Counted from the stretch's first letter, positions 1-9,222 are shown. The stretch: DNA of 64,000 nucleotides from Parcubacteria group bacterium (GCA_041659505.1 JBAZYF010000005.1:57779-121778), one strand, 5' to 3'. Notes: a model not told the origin generated them from the letters alone. Made by a program: numbers and translations.

Positions 1-63
1 AACGGGTGAAAGCCCGTTTTTCTTTATTTCAAAATTCACTAAAATGGTGGGGGAAACACCAAC

Positions 64-957
64 ATGAAACAAAATGCACAAAAACTGAATAAATATGTCT
101 TAATAATAATCAGCCTGGGCTGGGCTTTAGTTTTTGTTTCATCGGTGCAGGCCAGTGAGATCAGTCCCGAGAATGTGATCAAATATGTCAATGAAGCGCG
201 GGAGAAGGAAGGACTGCTTGATTTAAATGTTAGTGAAAAGTTAACTCAGGTAGCGACGGACAAAGTCAATGATATGGTGGCACATCACTATTTTGCCCAC
301 ACTTCACCAGCTGGACTCAATCCTTGGCACTGGTTTGAGCTCGAGGGTTATGACTATAAATATGCGGGAGAAAATTTGGCGATCAATTTTACCACAGCGG
401 AAGCGGAGCAAGCAGCCTGGATGAAAAGTCCAACCCATAGGAAAAATATTTTAAATGTAAATTATCAAGAAATCGGTGTAGCCGTGGCGGCGGGGGAAGT
501 GAATGGGACGATGGGAATTATCGCTGTGCAGGAATTTGGAACACTGGCGCATCCCGGCGCGGGTAGCGAGAAAAAAGATTTTGCTCCCGTCAAGGACAAG
601 GCGATCCCTGTGGATACAAAATTCGTGCCAACTGTGCTTTCGACCGGTGATCAAAAAATTGATGAAAATCTAAAAAGGGTTGGAGAGGAAATTGTCGGAC
701 AAAAAAATAATTTACCGTCTGCTGGTGCGACAAGCGATTTTTTCTGGCTAGTTATGTTTGTGGTGATCATCTTGCCGATTGCCCTGGTCAATGTTGTTTT
801 TGTGGGAAGACTTATCGGTATCCCTTGGCTCAAAGAAATATTGCAAAGAAGCTATTCTACAGCAAGGGCGAATAATCCGCAGGCATATTTTCGCAAACTC
901 AAGGTTAAAAACTATGAAAAGTATCGGATAATAAAAGTGAGAATAATTACAACTTAA
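64..957 (+). CDS. CAP/SCP (YkwD-like) domain protein, N-terminal signal peptide and C-terminal TM anchor
   Basis: Motifs VNEAREKEGL, HHYFAHTSP, YKYAGENLA, WMKSPTHRKNIL, EIGVAV; hydrophobic FFWLVMFVVIILPIALVNVVFVG near the C-terminus. Confidence 0.9.
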   Translation: MKQNAQKLNKYVLIIISLGWALVFVSSVQASEISPENVIKYVNEAREKEGLLDLNVSEKLTQVATDKVNDMVAHHYFAHTSPAGLNPWHWFELEGYDYKYAGENLAINFTTAEAEQAAWMKSPTHRKNILNVNYQEIGVAVAAGEVNGTMGIIAVQEFGTLAHPGAGSEKKDFAPVKDKAIPVDTKFVPTVLSTGDQKIDENLKRVGEEIVGQKNNLPSAGATSDFFWLVMFVVIILPIALVNVVFVGRLIGIPWLKEILQRSYSTARANNPQAYFRKLKVKNYEKYRIIKVRIITT

Positions 958-1140
958 TAGTCAGCTGTTTATCTCTCGCCACTTCCACGGAAAATTTCTT
1001 TGAAACTGGTGGGGGATAAAAACAAAAATAAAAAGAGGAAAAACAAAAAATAAATAGCAAAAACAAAAAATCCCTAAAAAAGGATTAACATAATAAGGCT
1101 AGATTCCTTGCCTTTTTCCTCGAAAGAGGAAGAACACATA

Positions 1141-1181
1141 AAAAGAGCGGTCTGGGCGTCATCGTCCAGGCCGCTTTTTTT
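1141..1181 (+). terminator. Intrinsic terminator
   Basis: AGCGGTCTGGGCG-tcat-CGTCCAGGCCGCT stem followed by T-run. Confidence 0.8.
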
Positions 1182-1242
1182 GTCTGGTAGATTTTTTTTA
1201 GATCTTGTGATATAGTCAAATCATAATTATTAAAATTAATCT

Positions 1243-2007
1243 ATGGATGCTATCATCTCGCTCGTGCTTCCCGTGTTCATCTTTTTGATCTTGCCTGGTT
1301 TTCGGGTGGTCCAACAGTATGAACAAGGAGTCGTTTTCCGTTTCGGAAAAATAATTTCCAGCCGTCAGCCGGGCCTTAATTGGATCATTCCTTACATCGA
1401 CCGGATGCGCAAAGTGGATTTTCGCACTGTGACGATGCCGATCGCTCCGCAAAAAATCATCACTAAGGATAATGTTTCAGTCGATATTTCTGCCGTGGCC
1501 TACTACAAAATAGTGGACGCGGAAAAGAGTATCGTGTCGATTGAAGATGTGAAGAGTGCAATCAATCAGATTGCCCAGACGACAATCAGAAATATCGTCG
1601 GACGTTTCCAGTTGGATGAAGTATTGTCCGAGCGGGACGAGATTAACAAAGAAATTCGCACCGTGCTTGATGCTAATACGGAAACTTGGGGCGTGGTGGT
1701 GTCAGTGGTGGAGATTAAGGATATCGAGTTGCCGGAGAATATGCAACGGGCGATGGCCAAGCAAGCGGAAGCAGAAAGAGAGAAGCGAGCCAAGATTATT
1801 GCCGCGGAAGGAGAGCTTTTGGCCAGTCAGAAATTGGCCGAGACGGCGGACGTGATGGCGGCGCATCCAATTGCGCTTCAGTTGCGTAATTTGCAGACAA
1901 TGGCGGAAATCGCGGTGGAGAAAAATTCAACCATCATTTTCCCAGCCCAGTTTATGGGCACGGTCAATGAGATTCAGAGATTTATGACTAAGGAGAGTGT
2001 GAGATAG
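1243..2007 (+). CDS. SPFH/band-7 stomatin-like (slipin) membrane protein
   Basis: N-terminal TM, GVVFRFG, PGLNWIIPYID, ITKDNVSV, AMAKQAEAEREKRAKIIAAEGE, ALQLRNLQT. Confidence 0.95.
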   Translation: MDAIISLVLPVFIFLILPGFRVVQQYEQGVVFRFGKIISSRQPGLNWIIPYIDRMRKVDFRTVTMPIAPQKIITKDNVSVDISAVAYYKIVDAEKSIVSIEDVKSAINQIAQTTIRNIVGRFQLDEVLSERDEINKEIRTVLDANTETWGVVVSVVEIKDIELPENMQRAMAKQAEAEREKRAKIIAAEGELLASQKLAETADVMAAHPIALQLRNLQTMAEIAVEKNSTIIFPAQFMGTVNEIQRFMTKESVR

Positions 2008-2030
2008 CTTAGGATAAAAATTTTAGTTTC

Positions 2031-2062
2031 ACGACGCCTCGATCAACTCGGGGCGTTTTTTG
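2031..2062 (+). terminator. Intrinsic terminator
   Basis: ACGCCTCGA..CTCGGGGCGT stem followed by T-run. Confidence 0.7.
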
Positions 2063-2063
2063 T

Positions 2064-2092
2064 TTGACAATTTTCTTTTTTTAGGTTAGGAT
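2064..2092 (+). promoter_or_regulatory. sigma70-type promoter
   Basis: TTGACA-17nt-TAGGAT upstream of the 2139 ORF. Confidence 0.6.
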
Positions 2093-2138
2093 TAAAAATC
2101 TTTTGAATGAACATTAACAGAAAAAAAGGGGGGAAAGT

Positions 2139-2645
2139 ATGGAGAAAAGAGTCCTTTATGTCAAAGACAGCCGGTCTTTTTTTAGCCGGTCGATTTGTGG
2201 CATTGTTAGCCAGATATTTGCTGGCGGGTGGGAGATCGATGTGGTCAAATCTCCGTCCGCGGCGCTTGGGCTTTTAGAAAACAAATCTTACCAGGTTGTA
2301 ATTTGCGATTTCAATTTTGGGAAGCGGGAAATCAATGGTGTCGATTTTTTGTTTCGGGTGAGAGAAGTGAATCGCGACACGGAAACGATCCTTGTTGTCG
2401 GTGAATTTTATCGGCAATCGCCAACTCTAAAAATTGATGAACTGAAAATAGGGCTGGCGGTCGATTTTTTCTGGAAAAAGATCGGAAGAAGTGAGAAGAT
2501 AAGAAAGCGAGGAGAACAAATCCTTGCGCAACTTTTCCAGAAAAACAAAAGGATCAATGCGGCGGGCGTCTTTCACTTGCCGGAGGATCGGGGGAGCTGT
2601 GTCTCAGGGTGTCCGTGTTGTCAGCGGAGAGACGGACATGCCTGA
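2139..2645 (+). CDS. Divergent receiver (REC) domain protein with Cys-rich tail
   Basis: RVLYVKD, YQVVICDFNF..NGVDFL; C-terminal CVSGCPCC; G-rich RBS. Confidence 0.6.
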   Translation: MEKRVLYVKDSRSFFSRSICGIVSQIFAGGWEIDVVKSPSAALGLLENKSYQVVICDFNFGKREINGVDFLFRVREVNRDTETILVVGEFYRQSPTLKIDELKIGLAVDFFWKKIGRSEKIRKRGEQILAQLFQKNKRINAAGVFHLPEDRGSCVSGCPCCQRRDGHA

Positions 2646-2800
2646 TGCTTTGTGAAAAATATGCAAAAGGGAAAAAGGTGAACGTGCCTGGTTCCCTTTT
2701 TTCTTTGGGAAAAAAAAGTTGCATAATATTTTGCTGGGTGTATGATAAAAAAATAACAACAAATGTGTCAGACAAACAATCTTTCAATAGGGAGGTAGAG

Positions 2801-3004
2801 ATGAAAGTAGCTGCGATTTGTGAAGAGTGCAAGGGGAGATGGGGCTGCTATAAGGATGATAGTCTTATAGCGAATGGGCTCTGTTCTTATTGTGAAGCAA
2901 AGGATTGTGTTTATCTGTTCCTTGAAAAATGTACCCATGCTCGTTCGAGCTTGGACTTAAAAAATAAATATGGACAAATGGAAATATTACCGGCGCAATT
3001 GTAA
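2801..3004 (+). CDS. Small Cys-rich protein (putative metal-binding)
   Basis: GGAGGT RBS at 2791 supports ATG 2801 rather than 2609; CEECKGRWGC..CSYCEAKDC. Confidence 0.65.
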   Translation: MKVAAICEECKGRWGCYKDDSLIANGLCSYCEAKDCVYLFLEKCTHARSSLDLKNKYGQMEILPAQL

Positions 3005-3036
3005 AAAATAGCAGAGTTGAAAGAGGGGGAGCGCAA

Positions 3037-3243
3037 ATGTTGAAAATGGAAGCGTGTAAGAACTGTTTTGGAAAAACCGGTTGTGTTTATGCTGGTTGTC
3101 TCAAGTCCTGTGTCCATTGTGCGCAAGAGTGTGAGTTTGGACGCGGGATGTGTTCATGCCATTGCTGTGAAAGACCGCCATTTGGCGTATCTTACAAAGG
3201 TTCTAGCGTTTTAGGTTTCATTATGTGGTCGGGTTTCGTGTAG
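3037..3243 (+). CDS. Small Cys-rich protein (putative metal-binding)
   Basis: GAGGGGGAG RBS; CKNCFGKTGC..CVHCAQEC. Confidence 0.65.
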   Translation: MLKMEACKNCFGKTGCVYAGCLKSCVHCAQECEFGRGMCSCHCCERPPFGVSYKGSSVLGFIMWSGFV

Positions 3244-3264
3244 ATGCGAAACGGGGAGGTTGAT

Positions 3265-3456
3265 ATGCTAAATGTAAAACTTTGTAAAAAGAGGGATTGT
3301 AACGGCCGGATCGGCTGTGAAGAAAATGGCAAGTTGATCGTAACTTGCCATGATTGCCAGGAAAAAAAATGTTCAGCAGGAGTCGCGGAATGTTTCTGTG
3401 ATTATCCAAAGGATTTTCCAAATTTCGCGTACTTCGGCCAGGTATATCATGCTTAG
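3265..3456 (+). CDS. Small Cys-rich protein (putative metal-binding)
   Basis: GGGGAGGT RBS before ATG 3265; CKKRDCNGRIGC..CHDCQEKKC. Confidence 0.65.
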   Translation: MLNVKLCKKRDCNGRIGCEENGKLIVTCHDCQEKKCSAGVAECFCDYPKDFPNFAYFGQVYHA

Positions 3457-3621
3457 ACTAGACAGCAGGGGGAGGACCACGATCCTTTCCCTGTTTTAAT
3501 TTTTCGAAAAAAGCTTTTCTTGGCTTGATTAAACCGGATCAGTGTGCTAGAGTCTTTGGAGAGCCTGAATCGAGGCTTTTTGTTTTTTCAATAACCATTG
3601 CGACTGCAAAGGAGGGGTGAT

Positions 3622-3990
3622 ATGTCTGAAAAGAAAGCGAAAAATGTCATCGTGGTTGATGATGAAGAGTCCGTGATGGAGCTGATCGGAGGTTACTTGA
3701 AAACGATCGGTTTCCGATTATTCACCTTCACGGATCCGAAAGAGGCGTTGGCTTTTATAATCGACACAGAGGAAGAGATTCATCTCCTCGTGACGGATTA
3801 TAACATGCCAAAAACCAACGGAACCATATTGATGCAGGAGATGAGGGTTATGTCTCCGGGTCTCAAGACTGTCTGTATTTCTGGTCGGCAACGAGACGAA
3901 ATTGACGGAGTGGAGGAGTTTGACGGTTTTTTGGAAAAACCGTTCTTGCTGAGCAAGCTCAGATCACTGATCGAAAATTTGCTTCAGTAA
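3622..3990 (+). CDS. Stand-alone response regulator receiver (CheY-like)
   Basis: VIVVDDE, LLVTDYNMP, CISG, FLEKPF; GGAGGGG RBS before ATG 3622. Confidence 0.9.
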   Translation: MSEKKAKNVIVVDDEESVMELIGGYLKTIGFRLFTFTDPKEALAFIIDTEEEIHLLVTDYNMPKTNGTILMQEMRVMSPGLKTVCISGRQRDEIDGVEEFDGFLEKPFLLSKLRSLIENLLQ

Positions 3991-4007
3991 TCAGGCAAGT
4001 TTTCAGG

Positions 4008-4042
4008 GCGCCCGTGTGAAATTTCACACCGGGCGTTTTTTC
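4008..4042 (+). terminator. Intrinsic terminator
   Basis: CGCCCGTGTGAA-at-TTCACACCGGGCG followed by T-run. Confidence 0.8.
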
Positions 4043-4100
4043 ATTTCAGACAAAAAATTGCTTATACCACAAATTTTGCTTTTGTCAAGCCGTTGCGGGA

Positions 4101-4129
4101 TTGCGTAATTTTTTACGCGGCAGTATAAT
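4101..4129 (+). promoter_or_regulatory. sigma70-type promoter of the TasA/SipW operon
   Basis: TTGCGT-17nt-TATAAT. Confidence 0.65.
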
Positions 4130-4241
4130 CAAAATATAAAATACAATTGAATACTATTTGAGAGACTTTGATCCGCACTGTGAAATGATTTTTTTTCGGA
4201 AATGATTGGTTGCCCAAAGCGCGCGCGGGGAGTTGATTGGC

Positions 4242-4304
4242 AAAACCGGCTTGAATTATTTAGCAATTTTTTTGCTATTTAATTTCAGCCGGTTTTTGTT
4301 TTTT
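4242..4304 (+). terminator. Leader terminator 1 of the TasA/SipW operon
   Basis: AAAACCGGCT..AGCCGGTTTTT long stem with T-rich tail. Confidence 0.7.
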
Positions 4305-4372
4305 GAGAAATAAAACTAAAAATGAATCAGATGGAATTATTTTTTCGGGTGAGAAATAATGTTTCCGTTCTC

Positions 4373-4427
4373 AAGGGCCTGCCAATGGTTGCTACTTTTT
4401 TGTAGTTGCTGTTGGTGGGCTTTTTTT
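4373..4427 (+). terminator. Leader terminator 2 of the TasA/SipW operon
   Basis: GGGCCTGCCAATGG..TGTTGGTGGGC followed by T7. Confidence 0.7.
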
Positions 4428-4477
4428 GTATTCTACGAATTACCTGCCTATGCTAAAGCTCCGGCAGGCAGGCGAAT
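4421..4477. repeat. 57-bp block with REP-like palindrome; near-identical copy at 9854-9910
   Basis: tttttttgtattctacgaattacctgcctaYgctaaagctYcggYaggcRggcRaat at both loci. Confidence 0.9.
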
Positions 4478-4587
4478 TTTTACGAATGTACAAATAATCC
4501 GCCTCCTCTTCCGAGGGGCGAAGGGGATATGAATCAAGCGGGTGAATAATTTGAGATTATTGAGTTAAAATTTTTGATGAGTATCCA

Positions 4588-5601
4588 ATGAAAATAATAG
4601 GATTAAAATTAGTTGTTGTGTTGGTTTCCCTGGTTGCTTTGGCGGGGATTTCTACTTATGTGACAAAGGGCTATCAACTGCCGAATATTTTTGGTGGCGA
4701 TAATAACAGCCATGAAGACACGAACGGACACGATGATGGAAATAATAACAACGGAAACGACAAGAAAGAAACAAAGGTTGATTTTAGGATTAGTAGCCAA
4801 TGCCACTATTATAACTATGATCCGCAAAATTCCGTCGCTTTTTCAGGGGGAGATTTGGCGGGATATGTCGATGTTGGATGTTTTTCGGACGGTCAAGCTT
4901 TTGGCAGTTGGCAGGAAACTGGAACGAACCATCTGAATAAATTTTTCAATTTCGACAATATTAAGCCTGGTGACCGCGGTGAAGACGCGATCAGTTTTCA
5001 CATTTTGGGCGATGATGGTTGCGGGCAGATCACTTTTGAAAACATAAAGGATGATGGAAATGATTGCACCGACTCGGAAACTCAGAGCAGTGATCAGGAC
5101 TGCAAAAATAGAACACCGGGAACGCGAGAAAAAAGAGGGGAATTGGGAAAGGCTTTGCAATTTTCTCTTTGGCTGGATCAAGGACGGACGCCGGGCTTCC
5201 AAGGCAAAACTGATCCGGGTGAAGGGGATAATATTTTCAATGAAAAAGATGTTTTGATTTCCGACTGGAAAGATATTCGGGAATTTTCCACAGCTCTTGA
5301 GATCAGAAAATGTTTGCGCCAAGCGCGCAATAAGTTTTTCGATCTTTGCAAATCGGCAGATCCCAATGGGAGCGGGAGAAATACCAAAAAAGGAGTTTGC
5401 GCCGGACTTTCCACCGATGGCAGGATGGTTGATGGAACGGTCTATTATTACGGCCTAGCTTGGCGCTTGCCGGGTGAAACAGGGAATGAAATTCAGTCGG
5501 ACAGTTTGGGATTTGATATGGCTTTTCAAGTAAAGAGCAACAGTCAATGCAGTGTTTGCCAAGGCAAGGATTATGACCATAATGCCAGATGTGATGATTA
5601 G
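4588..5601 (+). CDS. Secreted TasA/CalY-like accessory protein
   Basis: N-terminal hydrophobic signal; FFNFDNIKPGDRGEDAISFHI and YYYGLAW..GNEIQSDSLGFDMAF resemble TasA-fold proteins; sits in an operon with SipW. Confidence 0.55.
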   Translation: MKIIGLKLVVVLVSLVALAGISTYVTKGYQLPNIFGGDNNSHEDTNGHDDGNNNNGNDKKETKVDFRISSQCHYYNYDPQNSVAFSGGDLAGYVDVGCFSDGQAFGSWQETGTNHLNKFFNFDNIKPGDRGEDAISFHILGDDGCGQITFENIKDDGNDCTDSETQSSDQDCKNRTPGTREKRGELGKALQFSLWLDQGRTPGFQGKTDPGEGDNIFNEKDVLISDWKDIREFSTALEIRKCLRQARNKFFDLCKSADPNGSGRNTKKGVCAGLSTDGRMVDGTVYYYGLAWRLPGETGNEIQSDSLGFDMAFQVKSNSQCSVCQGKDYDHNARCDD

Positions 5602-5776
5602 GATATGGTTAGGGAGAAAATTTTCAAAAACAAGCAATTTTAAGATATGGGGTGAGCTCGGTAACTTCGCCTAAGGCGGACACCGAGGAACAAATTTTTA
5701 AAGGTCGAGAGAGGCAGACTACTCCTGAGTGTCTGGAATAATTAACAATTAATTAACTAGAAATAAACAATAATTT

Positions 5777-7369
5777 ATGAAAAAGATAACAAAATCGCTT
5801 TTGATGATCACCGCGGCTGCGGCAATCGTGATCGGCGGAACAAGCGCGTTTTTTTCCAGCCAAAAGGCTGCCGTAAACAACACGTTCAAAGCAGGAACGC
5901 TTAATTTGCAGTTGGCAAAAGATAATCATGGCGTTCCAACTGGGGGATGGCAGGATGTGAGTATTGATGCTAATTGGAATTTTCCAGACATGGCTCCGGG
6001 AGAAACTCCTCAAGAGGCGACAATGTGGTTGAAAAACAATGGAAGTATTGACGCGAAAAAATTAGGATTCTCCATAACTAACGCTAATGATGATAATACT
6101 GGATTTGAAAGGCAAGTCCGTATCACTAAAATGACCTTTGACGGGCAAAATATGCTCCAAGGTGGTGCAGGTGCTGACCAATCAGTCTATGTGAAACCGA
6201 CTCACTGCGATATCAATGTTAATCCTGGCGCATATTCTACTATCAATGCTGCTCTAGAATCTTTAGGATCAGCAACTGGTAAAGTAATTTGCGTTGGCCC
6301 GGGTAATTATACGACTAGCTATGAAACCAATGCAATCATAATTAATCAAGGTGTTACATTAGTATCCACCGATGGGCCTGGAGCAACAACCATTAGTGCA
6401 TCAAGTACTACTGCAGGCGTTACCATCAATGCTGTCAATGTTACAATAAAGGGATTTACTATTGCTCCTGATAAAACTTTTGTCGGATATGGTGCAGCAA
6501 TTGCAGTTAATTATGGCGGAGCTAAAATTCAGGATAATGTGATAACTGACGTAAAAGGAGATGGTCAGGGGACAATAAAAGGTATCCACGCCTTTACTGG
6601 ATCTGCTTATAGTAATTTAGAAATTACGAACAATGTTATAAAAAATATTGCTAATACAGGCAAGGGAGCGGATGGGATTATGATTCAAGGTAAGATTAGC
6701 ACAATAAATATTACTCACAACACAATCACTGATATTAGTTCAAATAATACTAATAATACATGGGATTATGCAGCGGGTATTGAGGATACGCCAACTAGCA
6801 ATCTGGCCGATTCTTCGCCTCTAGGTTTGACGATTACTTATAATCACATTGAGAATGTAACTAGCGTAACTGAATTAGGCAGAGGATTCACAGTTGACAT
6901 TGTGAATTGCAATGATTCGGTAAAGGGCACGAATAATTATGCCTACGCTGACCAGGTTACTTTTAAGAAGAATGATATAATTGGTATAGCAAATCCAATT
7001 ACCAACAAGGATCAACGCACGACTTCTAATGGAACATTGAATGCAGAAGATAATTGGTTTGGTGATTTTACTCCTGTGGCTAATCTAGGTGGAGTGGCAA
7101 AGTGTGAGACTGGCGTTGTGAACACAACAAATTTTGCCGGTGGACCATTTGCTGGTTTTGTTGGCGGTACAGACCAAAATAGTAATGGTTTTGCCGATAT
7201 GCAAGACTTGCGGTTGACTCCGATTGCTGGAATGCCAGTGGCCTTCGCTCATTCAGCGGAAAAACGTTTTGTGATGGGCGTGCAAGTTGACGGACCAACA
7301 ACACTTGATAATTTTCAAGGCGCGAGTCTACACAATGTGGATTTGACTGTAACTATGTTGCAACAATAA
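5777..7369 (+). CDS. TasA-family fibre subunit with SipW-type signal peptide and inserted parallel beta-helix domain
   Basis: GGTSAFFS..NNTFKAGTLNL SipW-cognate signal; MAPGE..LKNNGSID; beta-helix repeats (ITNNVIKNI, ITHNTITDI); TasA-like C-terminus DNFQGASL..DLTVTMLQQ. Confidence 0.75.
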   Translation: MKKITKSLLMITAAAAIVIGGTSAFFSSQKAAVNNTFKAGTLNLQLAKDNHGVPTGGWQDVSIDANWNFPDMAPGETPQEATMWLKNNGSIDAKKLGFSITNANDDNTGFERQVRITKMTFDGQNMLQGGAGADQSVYVKPTHCDINVNPGAYSTINAALESLGSATGKVICVGPGNYTTSYETNAIIINQGVTLVSTDGPGATTISASSTTAGVTINAVNVTIKGFTIAPDKTFVGYGAAIAVNYGGAKIQDNVITDVKGDGQGTIKGIHAFTGSAYSNLEITNNVIKNIANTGKGADGIMIQGKISTINITHNTITDISSNNTNNTWDYAAGIEDTPTSNLADSSPLGLTITYNHIENVTSVTELGRGFTVDIVNCNDSVKGTNNYAYADQVTFKKNDIIGIANPITNKDQRTTSNGTLNAEDNWFGDFTPVANLGGVAKCETGVVNTTNFAGGPFAGFVGGTDQNSNGFADMQDLRLTPIAGMPVAFAHSAEKRFVMGVQVDGPTTLDNFQGASLHNVDLTVTMLQQ

Positions 7370-7473
7370 TCCGGTTTTCCAAAAAACAAACAAATTGAAA
7401 ATTGATTTGGGCGTTTTTACCCTTGCGCATCTTCGGATGGGCAAGGGGATAAAGCGGGTCAATAAAATAATCC

Positions 7474-8118
7474 ATGATTGATATTGCAATGCTTGGAAAG
7501 ATATTCAAATTCAGTATGAATACGATTTTGTTCGGGCTTGTCGTTTTAGGCGCTCTGGTCGTTTTTTCGTCCGTGCCTTTCGCGGGAAACTATAAGGCGT
7601 TTATCGTGATGTCCGGTTCAATGGAACCGACCATCCACACGGGCAGTATCGTTTTTGTCCGTCCGGAAAAAGCCTATGCCGTCGGAGATATCGTGACGCG
7701 AAGATTCGCCGATTCCGATCTAACGGTAACGCATCGTATTTTTTCCCAAAAAGAAGTTGATGGACAGGTAATTTTTGACACGAAAGGGGATGCAAATGAT
7801 GGCGAAGACAATGCAACAGTCACGTCGGCGGATATTATCGGCAAAGAAATCACTGCCGTGCCCTATGTCGGTTATGCAGTGGCTTATGCCAAGACGGAAA
7901 TGGGACTGTTGCTCATTATTGTCATCCCGGCGGTGATTGTTATTTATGACGAGTTGAATAAAATCAGAACGGAAGTCGCTTTGATGCGAAAAAAGAAAAA
8001 AGAAGAAAAGGAGGCAAAAACACGAGTGGCGGAAGAAACGAAAATAACATTTCCGGAAAGGCAGTATGTGCGGGGGATTGTTAATGCGCCGGTTGAGAAG
8101 AGGAGAAAAATTGTCTAA
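7474..8118 (+). CDS. sipW: Signal peptidase I, SipW/archaeal type
   Basis: VMSGSMEPTI, VTHRI, TKGDAN..D, VPYVGY (Ser/His type). Confidence 0.9.
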   Translation: MIDIAMLGKIFKFSMNTILFGLVVLGALVVFSSVPFAGNYKAFIVMSGSMEPTIHTGSIVFVRPEKAYAVGDIVTRRFADSDLTVTHRIFSQKEVDGQVIFDTKGDANDGEDNATVTSADIIGKEITAVPYVGYAVAYAKTEMGLLLIIVIPAVIVIYDELNKIRTEVALMRKKKKEEKEAKTRVAEETKITFPERQYVRGIVNAPVEKRRKIV

Positions 8119-8126
8119 AGGCGAAT

Positions 8127-9128
8127 ATGGAAAATATTATTAACAGTAGAAAAAGAATCAATCGTTCGATCAAAAAGATCGGAGTGGCTTTGTTGTTTTT
8201 GTTTTTTGCTTTGAGCAGTTTAAAAATGCCGGGAACTAATTCTTTTTTCACCGGGCGGGCGAAAAATAGCGGAAGTTCTTTTTCGGTCGGGACGTGGATT
8301 CCGACTTTACGAATGTCTGTGGATATCCCAATGCCGGAAGATGAGATTTACAAAACAAGGCCGTGTGTGACGCTCGACGCGGATATTAGCGGTGAACATT
8401 CCGGTATTACGATTTGGTATAAATTTTCAGATGATGGTTTATTTTCTGAGTGGATAAAATACGACGAAGAATGCGTGCTGATTCCTGATGGTAACCCGAC
8501 CAATTTTGTGGCGCAAGCTATCAATGATGAACAACCGGAACGCTGGAAAAGCCAGACTGTTTCCGGCATTTTCAGGGTGGATACGACTGCGCCTGTTGTT
8601 AGGATTAACGCTCCGGCGCAGCCTTCCGATCTTTCCGGCACAGTAGCGGTGCGTGGTATGGTGACAGATGCCCATCCCGATCACTATTGGCTGGTGGTGG
8701 AAAATTCTTCCGGAACCCAAATCGCCGGACCGGGAACGGTAAATGATACCAGCTCTTTTTCGGACAAGAAATTTTTTGATTGGGATACGACCAAGGTGCC
8801 GGACGGAAAATATACAATCAAATTGGAAGCGCGTGACAGATTCGGAAATAAGTTGCCAAATCAATCGCCAGTGCTTTTTGACCCGAACAAAGATAATGAT
8901 AGCGTAGATTGGATAGAGGTTAATGTGAAAAATAGTTCGGCCAAAGCGTCCAAGCCTGCAAGCTCTCCTATCAGTGCTCCAACCGCGCCTGATCCAGGAC
9001 TGCAATTCCAAGAATCCGCAGATTTGGGTGTGCAAGGTGAGGCTGATGAAGTGCCGGCGGAAAAAAATGGTGAAGCTGCTTTGGTGCTAAAAGAGGCAGA
9101 GGCGCCAAGTTTGTCGGGAGAAGAATAG
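8127..9128 (+). CDS. SipW-substrate-like (TapA-like) secreted protein with Ig-like domain
   Basis: PGTNSFFT..SFSVGTW signal; DTTAPVV..WDTTKVPDGKYTIKLEARDRFGN Ig-like motif. Confidence 0.65.
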   Translation: MENIINSRKRINRSIKKIGVALLFLFFALSSLKMPGTNSFFTGRAKNSGSSFSVGTWIPTLRMSVDIPMPEDEIYKTRPCVTLDADISGEHSGITIWYKFSDDGLFSEWIKYDEECVLIPDGNPTNFVAQAINDEQPERWKSQTVSGIFRVDTTAPVVRINAPAQPSDLSGTVAVRGMVTDAHPDHYWLVVENSSGTQIAGPGTVNDTSSFSDKKFFDWDTTKVPDGKYTIKLEARDRFGNKLPNQSPVLFDPNKDNDSVDWIEVNVKNSSAKASKPASSPISAPTAPDPGLQFQESADLGVQGEADEVPAEKNGEAALVLKEAEAPSLSGEE

Positions 9129-9160
9129 AGGCTTCTATAGAGGCCTCTATGGAAGCCTCT
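9126..9160. repeat. Palindrome overlapping the stop codon
   Basis: tagaggcttctatagaggcctctatggaagcctct is nearly self-complementary. Confidence 0.7.
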
Positions 9161-9197
9161 AAATTTTAGTAAGATTAAAATATTTTTTTCTTTTTTA

Positions 9198-9222
9198 CAG
9201 CTGAAATTTCAGCTGTTTTTTT
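9198..9222 (+). terminator. Intrinsic terminator of the TasA/SipW operon
   Basis: CAGCTGAAATTTCAGCTG followed by T7. Confidence 0.7.
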
